A stretch of 64,000 nt of DNA from Pseudomonadota bacterium. GTDB taxonomy: Bacteria; Desulfobacterota; Desulfobacteria; Desulfobacterales; RPRI01. The notes beneath the pieces are model-generated. The model was not told the origin of the DNA. It ran no database searches and saw only the letters and a list, made by a program, of their open reading frames with translations. Where the stretch lies: assembly GCA_043825875.1 (NCBI GenBank), contig JBDRRF010000076.1:32001-96000 (forward strand). Direction: 5' to 3'. The position numbers and the translations under genes are program-made. This document shows, one piece after another, positions 1 to 8,632 of the stretch; the stretch's first letter is position 1; each line of letters opens with the position of its first letter.

Positions 1-555
1 TAGTAATGAAATTATCCTGCCTGCGCATATATATTTATCCGGAAAAGCAGAAAGCAGATTATTATTTTTCTTGAAATCCTGATAACCATTGCTGCCTTTT
101 TGATCAAACAAATTGCTGAAAATTAACTGGTAATTATCATATACCAATGCATCCATTTTGATATTCATTTTTTCTTTTGGTTTTAAGAGATATGTCCTCC
201 CGGTATAAACACCGGCTTTAGGCGACCAGGAATTATAACCGCCGTTATAAGCACATACATTTCCATCCGGATCTTTGCACTCTATATTTGTACCAACAAA
301 AGTACTATCAATCATAATTCTAAATGGTGAGTTCCCGCGGTTGATAAATTCGACTATGAAATGAATTTCATCACCCTTGGAATATGAAGTATTATCGGTT
401 AGAAGAAATATTTGCAGATCGGTAATTTGATTTGAGGATAAAAGATTTTTGTTTCTTATCTGATCCTCTTGAGAGAATAACCCAATAGGTAATGCAAACA
501 GAATAAAAGAAGAAATAACAAAGCATAATAATACGGAAATATAACTACGTTTCAT
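1..555 (-). CDS. Hypothetical exported protein, 3' end runs off the window
   Basis: ATG at 555-553 just after the transporter stop; reads MKRSYISVLLCFVISSFILFALPIGLFSQEDQ... and stays open to position 1 (translated by eye, not in ORF track). Confidence 0.6.
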   Translation of the reverse strand, partial: MKRSYISVLLCFVISSFILFALPIGLFSQEDQIRNKNLLSSNQITDLQIFLLTDNTSYSKGDEIHFIVEFINRGNSPFRIMIDSTFVGTNIECKDPDGNVCAYNGGYNSWSPKAGVYTGRTYLLKPKEKMNIKMDALVYDNYQLIFSNLFDQKGSNGYQDFKKNNNLLSAFPDKYICAGRIISLL

Positions 556-568
556 AAAATAGTTCTCC

Positions 569-1786
569 TTATCTAATTGAAATCCAGATGATAAGTATGA
601 AAAACGACACCAAAGTCACCGGAATTCCAACTGCGGCATGTTTTAAAAACGATATTTTGATATTAAAGTTTGAAGCTTGTTCTACTACTATCAAATTAGC
701 AATGCTGCCCAATAAAAACAGGTTTCCGGCAAAAGTACTTGAGGTTGCTAATGTGTACCATTGAGCCGGTTCTAAAGGATCAAGAAAACGTATCAGCAAC
801 ATTGCTGTCGGCACATTACTGAATAAATTACTTAATATCGCAGATAATCCGGTTAATGCAGGCAGATTATGCATCTCCATTCCAAAACCGGCAAGTTTAT
901 CCATCACAATTTCTAGATAACCGCTCTGTGAAACACCCTGGATAATAATAAAAAGTGCGCAAAATAATGTAATAAGATGCCAATCCACCAGCCCGGTAAT
1001 ATCTCTTGTTTTAAATTTACGGCTGCACAATAAAACCCCGGCGATGCCTATGGCTGAGATTTCCCTTGGTATTGAAGAAAAAAATAATGCGATTAGCACA
1101 AAGACCGCAATGATGCCTTTTGAGGTTTGCCATTTATTAAAAGGTTGCTGTGATTGGTTATAGTTAGTTGATATAACTTTTCCCGGTTCATAGATTCTTT
1201 TCCGGTATATCCACAATATGATCAGATAGCTTACTAAAAGAGCGAGTATAGAAGGAGGAGCGCACCAATAGAAGAATTTTAGAAAATCAAGCTGCCCGGC
1301 CTGGCCGATAAGTATATTTTGTGGATTTCCGATTATTGTTGCCGCTGAGCCGATGTTGCTTGAAACCGCAAGTCCGATAAGAAACGGAAGAGGATTCAGT
1401 TTTGCTTCAACCAATGAGAGAGCCAATATCGGAGTAAAAGCAAAACACACAATATCATTTGCCAGTATTGCAGATAATAAAGCGCTCACTATCATAGTAA
1501 CAAATAAAGAAAGTTTCGGCCGTGAATAAAAAGGCACGATTTTCAATGCAACCCAGGTGTAAAAACCTCCAAGCCTGAGTTGGGCGGAAATAATCATTAA
1601 AGAATAAAGCAGAAGAATTGTAGGGAGATCAATCGACTTAAAGGCACTTTCCGGTGTTAGAATACCAAAAACTATCATACCAATTGCGCCGAGAACGGCA
1701 AAGCCAACCCGATCAATGCTGAACCTTGGAATTTTTCCAAGGGCAATGCCCAAATATGCAAGACAAAAAATGGCGATAGCTATCAT
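569..1786 (-). CDS. ArsB/NhaD-type (SLC13/IT superfamily) anion transporter
   Basis: Very hydrophobic 405 aa; motifs SAILAND, SNIGSAATIIGNPQN, SNLFSNVP, STFAGNL. Confidence 0.85.
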   Translation of the reverse strand: MIAIAIFCLAYLGIALGKIPRFSIDRVGFAVLGAIGMIVFGILTPESAFKSIDLPTILLLYSLMIISAQLRLGGFYTWVALKIVPFYSRPKLSLFVTMIVSALLSAILANDIVCFAFTPILALSLVEAKLNPLPFLIGLAVSSNIGSAATIIGNPQNILIGQAGQLDFLKFFYWCAPPSILALLVSYLIILWIYRKRIYEPGKVISTNYNQSQQPFNKWQTSKGIIAVFVLIALFFSSIPREISAIGIAGVLLCSRKFKTRDITGLVDWHLITLFCALFIIIQGVSQSGYLEIVMDKLAGFGMEMHNLPALTGLSAILSNLFSNVPTAMLLIRFLDPLEPAQWYTLATSSTFAGNLFLLGSIANLIVVEQASNFNIKISFLKHAAVGIPVTLVSFFILIIWISIR

Positions 1787-1918
1787 ATGGATGTCATGTT
1801 GTTTATTGTATTATCGTTTCACGCAACTGTTTTTTCAAACAAAAATTATGGCAAACTAAAAACTCAGCCTCCACAAGTAAGTGGGCATCAGTAGAGTTTG
1901 TTTTCACCAATCGCGCTT

Positions 1919-3148
1919 CTATCGGTCAGCTTTTGTGCCTGGTTGAATTGTTTTTTGTTTTTCCTCAGACACCTTTTTAAGCATTGCTCCAATATAACCT
2001 TTTTCTACCTCATTAAGTTGGCCATGTTCATAAAGGCCTGCACAATATTGAAAGAGCAAGGGTGATTGCTTGCAATTACTCATGATAGACCAAAGCGCAG
2101 ACTGAAAAACAGCCCCAAGCATAGCTTCCTTTCGTACTTTATCTGATTTCTTGAGTTCTCCGGACTTAACTTTGTCTAATGTTCCGGCATAACCACTCAG
2201 GTTCAGGGCTGTTATTATTTGGCGTACCGGCTTGACTCTGGAAGTTGCAAAAAATTCGGCCCATAGCATATCTAACTGGTCGCCTGTCTCTATTTCCTTG
2301 TATGGATTTGGGATATTAAGCTTTTTCAAACCTGCCAAATACTCCTTGAACTCATCATTTACTGATAGCATTTTTGTATTATTTAACAAATAAAACAGCA
2401 GGATAATATCTTTTTGTTGTTGCCTGGTAGCATTAGTTTTATAAAACTCAACCGTATGCGGGATTAAAAACCCGTTTTCAGAGTAAATAATCTTGTAAAA
2501 CCATAGTGCAGACCAAAGTGGCTGGCCTTTTTCATCCAAATATGGCCGAGGCGAATTGATAAAAGCGGACAAAGCAAAAGAAGGTTTTGGATGAGTGGGA
2601 TATGTTAAGTACCATTCCACCAAACTACCTTCCAATTCTTTAATCCTGAATTCCTTTAAAGTAATTTTCTGGCTTTTATTTACCTTTTGTTTTTTAACAT
2701 GATCATAGGCCGAAATATTTACAGTGTATTCTCCATACGGATCTTCCGGATCAAATGATACTGTGGTTATGCCAAGCGAAGGAAGAAGGTAAGGGCCTGG
2801 CGCAGGACCTTTAAATCCGGTAATATTCTTTACTGATTCATCAACGGTTCCATCCGGCCTTATAATTTCTATATCATAGGTAATATTAACTTCATTTTTC
2901 GGTGTAGTTTCATAGTTGTTAAATATTGGTAGAATTTTAAAATATTCACCTTTAGCAACTTCACTTATCGGTGAAAGTTTTGGCCCAAACTGTGATGGGA
3001 CATCAAACCACCAGTTCAATTCCAAATCCTGCTGAGTAAGAATTAAAAGGAGATCGAATTTTTTGTTTTCTGTTTCTGCCATTGAGAAAAGGGGAAACAA
3101 AAAGATACCGATGGTGATAATTACTAGTATTTGTCGTATTCTTTTCAT
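1919..3148 (-). CDS. Hypothetical exported protein
   Basis: 409 aa ORF with signal peptide; no family recognised. Confidence 0.7.
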   Translation of the reverse strand: MKRIRQILVIITIGIFLFPLFSMAETENKKFDLLLILTQQDLELNWWFDVPSQFGPKLSPISEVAKGEYFKILPIFNNYETTPKNEVNITYDIEIIRPDGTVDESVKNITGFKGPAPGPYLLPSLGITTVSFDPEDPYGEYTVNISAYDHVKKQKVNKSQKITLKEFRIKELEGSLVEWYLTYPTHPKPSFALSAFINSPRPYLDEKGQPLWSALWFYKIIYSENGFLIPHTVEFYKTNATRQQQKDIILLFYLLNNTKMLSVNDEFKEYLAGLKKLNIPNPYKEIETGDQLDMLWAEFFATSRVKPVRQIITALNLSGYAGTLDKVKSGELKKSDKVRKEAMLGAVFQSALWSIMSNCKQSPLLFQYCAGLYEHGQLNEVEKGYIGAMLKKVSEEKQKTIQPGTKADR

Positions 3149-3166
3149 ATTTAATCCAATGTAAAG

Positions 3167-3850
3167 TTAAGAGCTATTCCTGATAAACATCAGATTCCCT
3201 TTAAGTTCATGTGTGATTTGAATTTTCATATTTTCAAATGAGGATAAAAGCTCATCCGGATTTCGGGAAATAAGAGCTCCTGATTCGGCAAGCATATTCA
3301 AATAGCGGTTGCTCCAACGACTGCTCTGCACCAGCGTAGTTATTGCCAACTTTCCGCCATCTGTTAATACACGTTTTATTTCACTCAAGGCTGTTTTGAC
3401 ATCATTTATACAATGCAGAAGATTTAGTGAAATAACAGTATGGAAAGTATTCTCTTTAAATGGCAACTGTAGTGCATCGGCATGCAAAAAGAACATGTTT
3501 TCAGATATCTTCCCGTTCAGTTTCTCAAGCCGGGATTTGCCTTTTCGCAAAAGTTTTAGTGATTGATCCAAAAATACTACAGGCCGGTTCAAACAATTTG
3601 CATAGTTTGCTGCCGTAAAAGCCAGGGAGCCAAACGCAAGATCCAGAACCCATCCTTTGGTGGAGTACCCCCACATCAGCCAGTTATAAATACGATTGCA
3701 GGCCACAAGGTCATAAATTATAGAAGCACCAATGCTGTCAAAAACACCGGGTGTTTCTCCAATAGGATAGATTGAATAAATATTTGGTTCAACAAGATTT
3801 AGCTTTACTTCTTCAGAAATTATTTCCGACAGCGTGCGAAGTTCAGACAT
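3167..3850 (-). CDS. Class I SAM-dependent methyltransferase, possibly internally deleted
   Basis: VLDLAFGS (motif I variant), ADALQLPF, EIKRVLTDGG. Confidence 0.7.
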   Translation of the reverse strand: MSELRTLSEIISEEVKLNLVEPNIYSIYPIGETPGVFDSIGASIIYDLVACNRIYNWLMWGYSTKGWVLDLAFGSLAFTAANYANCLNRPVVFLDQSLKLLRKGKSRLEKLNGKISENMFFLHADALQLPFKENTFHTVISLNLLHCINDVKTALSEIKRVLTDGGKLAITTLVQSSRWSNRYLNMLAESGALISRNPDELLSSFENMKIQITHELKGNLMFIRNSS

Positions 3851-3978
3851 TTTATTGCTTCTCCATAGACAAGCGCAACAAAAGAATTTATTTGCCGGGA
3901 AACCAATGCAAACTTGCCTAAAATTGGTATAAGGACTTTCACCTTACTAACTCTGTATCATGCCTGGCACACATGTTC

Positions 3979-4049
3979 CGCATAATCTGAACCCAAAGCT
4001 TATAAGGGATATTACTAAAAACGCCCGGCTTTGGATTTCAGAGTTTGTG
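3979..4049 (-). other. Degenerate attC-like site closing the vapBC cassette
   Basis: Minus strand R'' CACAAAC complements the cassette start GTTTGT; arms TCTGAAATCCAAAGC / GCTTTGGGTTCAGA; R' reads ATTATGC rather than GTT. Confidence 0.35.
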
Positions 4050-4071
4050 CATAGATTAGGCTTCGTACTAT

Positions 4072-4452
4072 TTATATTTGAATTTGTAGTGAAAGAATAT
4101 TTCTCATTAAATCGAAATGACCGTCTAAGGAATAGATTTTACATCTATTTTGCTTTGCATTTTGTGCTATTAATAAGTCAGGAATTCCGACACCGTTTAA
4201 TCCATTACTTAAACATTTATATTGATAATCGATAATTTCATTCCAATTTATAGACAATTCTAACTTGTCGATATTGTGTAATAAATCAATAAGTCTTTGT
4301 TCATTTCGGACTTTCAGGAATGGTATTAATTCTGCCAGAATTAGGTCATTAGTCACAATGAGGTTTTCATCAATTAAGAAATCCATCTGAATAGAATCAT
4401 TTCCACCTCTAAAATAATCTATCCATATTGAAGTGTCGACTAAAACCGACAT
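4072..4452 (-). CDS. vapC: PIN-domain toxin (VapC family)
   Basis: VLVDTSIWIDY, LAEL, DLLIAQNA, SLDGHF. Confidence 0.9.
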   Translation of the reverse strand: MSVLVDTSIWIDYFRGGNDSIQMDFLIDENLIVTNDLILAELIPFLKVRNEQRLIDLLHNIDKLELSINWNEIIDYQYKCLSNGLNGVGIPDLLIAQNAKQNRCKIYSLDGHFDLMRNILSLQIQI

Positions 4453-4643
4453 TTACGCCCTCGAATCGTTTCCAAATTGATGTCTAAGTCTATTTTCCCT
4501 TTAAATTCTTTTATCTTGGACAAGTGTTCCCTTCGAATTAATTGCTCCAAAGCTGTGATAATAACTTTGGTCTTAGTTTTGATGTGGGTCATTTCCATAG
4601 CTTCATTAACCAAATTATCAGGCAAATCAAGTGTTGTTCTCAT
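4440..4643 (-). CDS. vapB: VapB-type antitoxin
   Basis: MRTTLDLPDNLV...KTKTKVI; GGAGG RBS before ATG 4643; overlaps the toxin start. Confidence 0.85.
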   Translation of the reverse strand: MRTTLDLPDNLVNEAMEMTHIKTKTKVIITALEQLIRREHLSKIKEFKGKIDLDINLETIRGRKCRF

Positions 4644-4706
4644 AATCGACCTCCTTTTTATGCATAAAACTAACAATATATGCATAAAAAGTCAAACGTT
4701 TTGTGT

Positions 4707-4801
4707 AACAAACATAAGGCTGACTTTAAGCGGGGAACGTCCAAATGATGTAAATCAATAATCGCAATTTCCCCGCTTTCAAGTTTAGCCTCTGGTTCTG
4801 T
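4707..4801 (-). other. attC site (95 bp)
   Basis: Minus strand ACAGAAC-cagag-GCTAAACTTGAAAGCGGGGAA...TTCCCCGCTTAAAGTCAGC-cttat-GTTTGTT, directly after a stop codon. Confidence 0.75.
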
Positions 4802-4803
4802 GG

Positions 4804-5292
4804 TCAGGGCAAAATTTCAATTGGAGTGCCAACATCAACTGTTTTCCAAATCTCATCCATTGCTCCATTTGAAACTGCAATACAACCATTTGTCCAGTTA
4901 AAAAATTGAGTTGCAAAAGCAAACCAACCAAAGCCGTTCTTCTGGCCGTGTATCATGATAGCGCCACCCGGGTTAACGCCCTTTTCTTCAGCTTTCTTTT
5001 TATCGGCCTCATTTGGATAAGAGATATGGATTGCCTTATAGAAAGAGCTATTTGCATTTTTATAATCAAGAATATATTTTCCTTCCGGAGTTCGTTCATC
5101 TCCCTCTTGTTGTTTGTGACCCCTTGGATTGGCTCCGAAAGCAACACTGTATTTTTTCAATACCTTTCCATTTTTCTTAAGATAAAGCTTTGACTCAGAT
5201 TTGGAGACAAATACTATGTCAGCCTTTTCAGCCCCAAAACCAACAGTAGAAACTGAAAGAAGTATTATTAAAAGTAGATTTATTTTCCACAT
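4804..5292 (-). CDS. L,D-transpeptidase (YkuD family) gene cassette
   Basis: EGDERTPEG, IMIHG, WTNGCIAV; start reset to ATG 5292 because the longer ORF runs into the attC; cassette begins GTTCTGT and ends ACAGAAC. Confidence 0.9.
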   Translation of the reverse strand: MWKINLLLIILLSVSTVGFGAEKADIVFVSKSESKLYLKKNGKVLKKYSVAFGANPRGHKQQEGDERTPEGKYILDYKNANSSFYKAIHISYPNEADKKKAEEKGVNPGGAIMIHGQKNGFGWFAFATQFFNWTNGCIAVSNGAMDEIWKTVDVGTPIEILP

Positions 5293-5300
5293 TTTGTCAC

Positions 5301-5359
5301 ACAGAACCGAGCTGTGCGGCGGCATGCTACTCGCCGTCCGCAACAAGCTGTTGTTCTAC
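5301..5359 (-). other. attC site (59 bp)
   Basis: Minus strand GTAGAAC-aacagcttgttgcggacggc-gagtagcat-gccgccgcacagctcg-GTTCTGT; overlaps the TAG stop of the upstream cassette. Confidence 0.85.
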
Positions 5360-5742
5360 AAAAGTTTTTGATTAATATTTATTGACTCTGAATGCTTAAA
5401 CATATTTCTTATTTTATCGTAGGGTATTTTGAGGCCAAGGCTATCACTTATTTTCATCCACTGATCTACTACGAAAAATGCTGCACCAATATCAGAAGCA
5501 GTAGGATTATCCATTTGGTATTTCGTCGAAAAATTTGCGGCACCACAATGTAAATCCTCATAGGATTTATCACGTATCGAGTGATATAGTGAAAGTTTGT
5601 CAAATATTTCAGCCCATAAATCATGGTAATAATGTAGGATTAAATCAACACCTGAAGCTGATCCACCGTACATCCTTGGTCTAAAATAAACGTGGCCGAT
5701 CCTTTCTTCTATGAATTGGACTATTTCTTTATTTGATTTCAT
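5356..5742 (-). CDS. Hypothetical gene-cassette protein
   Basis: 128 aa ORF between two attC sites; cassette ends GTTCCAC / GTAGAAC are near-complementary. Confidence 0.75.
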   Translation of the reverse strand: MKSNKEIVQFIEERIGHVYFRPRMYGGSASGVDLILHYYHDLWAEIFDKLSLYHSIRDKSYEDLHCGAANFSTKYQMDNPTASDIGAAFFVVDQWMKISDSLGLKIPYDKIRNMFKHSESININQKLL

Positions 5743-5753
5743 TTGATTCAGTT

Positions 5754-5882
5754 GTGGAACGCCGAATTAATGGGCCGGGAAACGTGTACCAAAAGCTAAC
5801 GGAAAAGCCCAAAAACCCGACTAAAGAATGCCTCCGAAAAGTGGCACGGCTTTCCCGGTCCCGCTTAAATGAAAGGTTAACA
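5754..5882 (-). other. attC site (129 bp)
   Basis: R'' TGTTAAC, arms GGGACCGGGAAAGCCGTG / CACGTTTCCCGGCCC, R' GTTCCAC. Confidence 0.8.
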
Positions 5883-5887
5883 TTGCC

Positions 5888-6151
5888 TTATCCATTATTC
5901 ATACGCTTTTTGATAAAAGCAAACAAATAGTAAAGATTCCATGCAATCAATAAAATGAGAAGTGGGAATAAAAAATTACCCCACTTTGCCTTATCAGCTG
6001 TCATAATAACAAAAGGTGGGTGGCCCCCACCAATAATAGCAACCGTGCTGGTTTCTTTGCTGAAAAAGTAGGCCGGCACGAACAACGCTGGTGCTAAGCC
6101 AATGGTAATAATTGCTAAAATATCAAAAACAAATATTGTCTTTTTTAACAC
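5888..6151 (-). CDS. Small membrane protein, gene cassette
   Basis: 87 aa, two hydrophobic segments, between attC sites. Confidence 0.65.
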   Translation of the reverse strand: MLKKTIFVFDILAIITIGLAPALFVPAYFFSKETSTVAIIGGGHPPFVIMTADKAKWGNFLFPLLILLIAWNLYYLFAFIKKRMNNG

Positions 6152-6163
6152 TTAAATTGCCTA

Positions 6164-6287
6164 TGCTAACGTTAAAATGTGCTACGTGAAGTGGAATAAG
6201 GCCTTCAAAAAAAGCCAATGAAACTCCGACTTTTGCAAAAGCAAAAATCGCCAACCCTTCACGTCAGATACAATTTTGTGGTTATAC
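6164..6287 (-). other. attC site (124 bp)
   Basis: R'' GTATAAC next to the stop codon, arms ACGTGAAG / CTTCACGT, R' GTTAGCA. Confidence 0.75.
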
Positions 6288-6289
6288 AT

Positions 6290-6580
6290 TTATTTTTTCT
6301 GTTGCCACCAGTTCCAAATATTCAATCCTATATCATCACAATTTTCGGGTGTAAAATTATCATGAAATGCTTCAGTAAATACTTCACTAACTAGTGCCGA
6401 TACGTCTTTTGCTGACTCGCATTGTGAAAGCCCAGCAAGAATTGATTCAGCCTCATAATTAAATTCATCCTTCGGGCAGTCATGTTTTGTGACTAAACAA
6501 TATGGGTCCCATTCATTCAGTAAACCCATTACTTCAATCAACCAACTTTTATATTTTTGTTTTAGTTCTTTTTTTAACAT
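6290..6580 (-). CDS. DUF1871/YugE-like protein, gene cassette
   Basis: LNEWDPY...DEFNYEA...VFTEAF pattern. Confidence 0.6.
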   Translation of the reverse strand: MLKKELKQKYKSWLIEVMGLLNEWDPYCLVTKHDCPKDEFNYEAESILAGLSQCESAKDVSALVSEVFTEAFHDNFTPENCDDIGLNIWNWWQQKK

Positions 6581-6681
6581 CTCACGCTTGAAGTAACCGG
6601 GCGTGCCTTAGAAGTGGCGAACCCAAGGCTTTTACGCGAACCCGCATGCTACTCGCGCTCCGGTTCACTGAATTGTTAAGT
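6579..6681 (-). other. attC site with mutated R' core (GTG instead of GTT)
   Basis: Minus strand ACTTAAC-AATTC-AGTGAACCGG...CCGGTTACT-TCAAGC-GTGAGAT; spacers AATTC/TCAAGC as in aadA-type attC. Confidence 0.8.
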
Positions 6682-6770
6682 GCATATTTCTACAAATACT
6701 CTCGTGACTACCGTTGAAAAATACACGAATATTTCTCACAATGAAATTTGCATTTAGAGATAAAAAATAA

Positions 6771-6923
6771 CTAACCTAACCCCCAAAACCCGTCCCAAAT
6801 CAGTACAACCATCCTTTTAAAACTCGGCCATAACGGTTTCCCTTTTATTGTCCGAAAAGTGAACGCGATAATTGCATAGAGAATAATCAAGAAGCCAATT
6901 AGTATGAATGTGAATTCAACCAT
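6771..6923 (-). CDS. 50-aa membrane peptide, first cassette of array 1
   Basis: MVEFTFILIGFLIILYAIIAFTFRTIKGKPLWPSFKRMVVLIWDGFWGLG*; below ORF-track cutoff; cassette starts GTTAAGTGC and ends GCACTTAAC. Confidence 0.6.
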   Translation of the reverse strand: MVEFTFILIGFLIILYAIIAFTFRTIKGKPLWPSFKRMVVLIWDGFWGLG

Positions 6924-6944
6924 TTTTGTAAATTCCACCAAGGC

Positions 6945-6965
6945 ACTTAACCATTTATTATCAGG
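6945..6965 (-). other. attI-like site (array 1 entry point)
   Basis: CCTGATAATAAATG-GTTAAGT; non-palindromic; GTTAAGTGC complements the first cassette's R'' exactly; similar site at 7603-7623. Confidence 0.6.
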
Positions 6966-7067
6966 TCAATTTCCCCTAACATTAAGATATTGATGGGGTT
7001 TTCGGGCTCATTTTCCCTGTGTTAATATCAGGTTTATTTTAAATCGGAATAAAAGGCTACAAAAAAT

Positions 7068-7134
7068 ATTGAACATAGAATAAAATAGATTAAATTTGTT
7101 TTGAATAAAGCATGTTATGGATGATATGTCAATA
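7068..7134 (-). promoter_or_regulatory. Sigma70 promoter facing the array (Pc-like), copy 1
   Basis: TTGACA-17 bp-TTTATT with TG extension; block repeated at 8527-8587. Confidence 0.6.
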
Positions 7135-7218
7135 CAAACAAGCATAATACTTCTGCTCCTTTTTTCTTCTAAAGAAACCTAAAAGCAAATCTTTTTGGCG
7201 GTCGGATCGGATGCAATA

Positions 7219-7575
7219 TCAAGTTTTCTTTTTAAGTACTTTTAGGAGTTTTCCATATAAAGCTATAAATATGTATATGAAAAGCGTTAGTCCCAAGAAT
7301 ATCAACCAGCTATTCAAAAAACTGCCAAGCCAAAATTCCGGCTTTTTACCAAATGCCTGCTGCACCCAAAATGGACCTGGAACAGCAAATCCCTCTGTTC
7401 CAACTGTTGCAGGTGCCGCAATTATTGCGGTTATTAGTGATGAAGATGGTATGAGCAGAATGGCAATCTTCGTGCTGCGTTGCGAATAGTTAACAGTGAG
7501 AATTGCAATACCAACTATCAACGTAGGTCCCCAAACAAAATAAGTCAGTGCTATGATGAAAAGTAATCCGCCCAT
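7219..7575 (-). CDS. Hypothetical membrane protein
   Basis: 118 aa hydrophobic ORF starting just after GTTAGAT (7609). Confidence 0.65.
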   Translation of the reverse strand: MGGLLFIIALTYFVWGPTLIVGIAILTVNYSQRSTKIAILLIPSSSLITAIIAAPATVGTEGFAVPGPFWVQQAFGKKPEFWLGSFLNSWLIFLGLTLFIYIFIALYGKLLKVLKKKT

Positions 7576-7602
7576 ATTGTTCCTTGAAAGACAATGCTAA
7601 AA

Positions 7603-7623
7603 ATCTAACCATTGTTTATCAGA
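7603..7623 (-). other. Second attI-like site
   Basis: TCTGATAAACAATG-GTTAGAT, closely similar to 6945-6965. Confidence 0.45.
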
Positions 7624-7624
7624 T

Positions 7625-8437
7625 CTATTTGTAATAGTTTTCCTTAGTTAAAATATGTTGTTTCCCGATATTATCTTTCCAGCTAATAGTAAGCAGCTTT
7701 GCACAATTTTCTAATGTTGTTAATGCTACATGGTAATTTAAACCATTTTTATCTTTCAGCTTCCAGATTAAGTCATCATTCGCATTTACAGGATCTCCGA
7801 TTTTGTTCAAAATTCTTTGTTTTTTAAAATTAAAAGAATCGAACAAAACAAAAAGCATACTAGCATATTTGGGAATATCCCTATCATTACCATTCGATTC
7901 CATGCCATCAATTGTGTATTCATATTTTTGTTTTTTAGTTCTTCTTATTTGACAGCCATCTTCTGGCAGAAAAATTTTTAAGCATGTTGAACCTGTTGGC
8001 GTAGCATTAACCTGAGAAAATAAATACTTTTCCCCTTTATTGTTTTTTGCTATAAACAAATTGATTTCGCTAACACACCCATATGTACGCTTAACCAATA
8101 CGTTGTATTCCCTATTGTCTTCTCTGAATAACCAGTTAAATTTTTGAAACGATTTCCCAATACCTTGAACTTCTGCTTTTGTTTTGAATAGATTTTTTAT
8201 CTCATCTTCTTTAGCATTAATTGGAAGTGATTGTGCCTTTGCATACTTTTCTACCGCAAACTCAGGCACCCAAAGAGGAAGCAAATCAAAGGACTTAGCA
8301 CCTTTAAAGTCTAAGCCTTCAGTGCATTTCTTGGATTCCACAATATATGCATTTGATGCACATGATACAATATTTTCTCCGGCCAGTATGTTAACCGGCA
8401 AGAAAATTAAAACTATAAACAAGAAGTATGATTTCAT
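7625..8437 (-). CDS. Hypothetical exported protein
   Basis: 270 aa with signal peptide; no family recognised. Confidence 0.65.
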   Translation of the reverse strand: MKSYFLFIVLIFLPVNILAGENIVSCASNAYIVESKKCTEGLDFKGAKSFDLLPLWVPEFAVEKYAKAQSLPINAKEDEIKNLFKTKAEVQGIGKSFQKFNWLFREDNREYNVLVKRTYGCVSEINLFIAKNNKGEKYLFSQVNATPTGSTCLKIFLPEDGCQIRRTKKQKYEYTIDGMESNGNDRDIPKYASMLFVLFDSFNFKKQRILNKIGDPVNANDDLIWKLKDKNGLNYHVALTTLENCAKLLTISWKDNIGKQHILTKENYYK

Positions 8438-8526
8438 ATGTTTTCAATTTCCATATTGCTTATAGAAAGGATTGGTTTATTACCCAAAGATCTGAGCTTT
8501 GCCTGATCAATGGTTGGAATATAAAC

Positions 8527-8587
8527 ATTGAACATAGAAAAACTAATTATGCTTTTAATAAAGCATGTTATGAGTGATAAGTCAATA
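8527..8587 (-). promoter_or_regulatory. Sigma70 promoter, copy 2 of the array-1 promoter block
   Basis: TTGACT-17 bp-TTTATT; shares attgaacatagaa, aataaagcatgttatg and gtcaata (+ strand) with 7068-7134. Confidence 0.6.
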
Positions 8588-8632
8588 TATAGAGATTGTA
8601 AAACATTAGCTTACGCTTGGAGGGGAAATGCA

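Noticed and set aside
1850..1902. Hairpin upstream of the anion transporter as a fluoride or c-di-GMP riboswitch
   Set aside because: Only short words match (CTGATG, GGCAAA); the core consensus architecture is missing.
1..3900. Extension of cassette array 1 over the four downstream co-oriented genes
   Set aside because: One gene ends in TCTTAAC (R''-like, ~3166), but no paired arms or R' are visible in these intergenic gaps.
5293..5346. Upstream extensions of ORF-track starts (5346; also 58236 and 59020)
   Set aside because: They run through attC sites or leader DNA; downstream ATGs give proper signal peptides or fit the cassette boundary.
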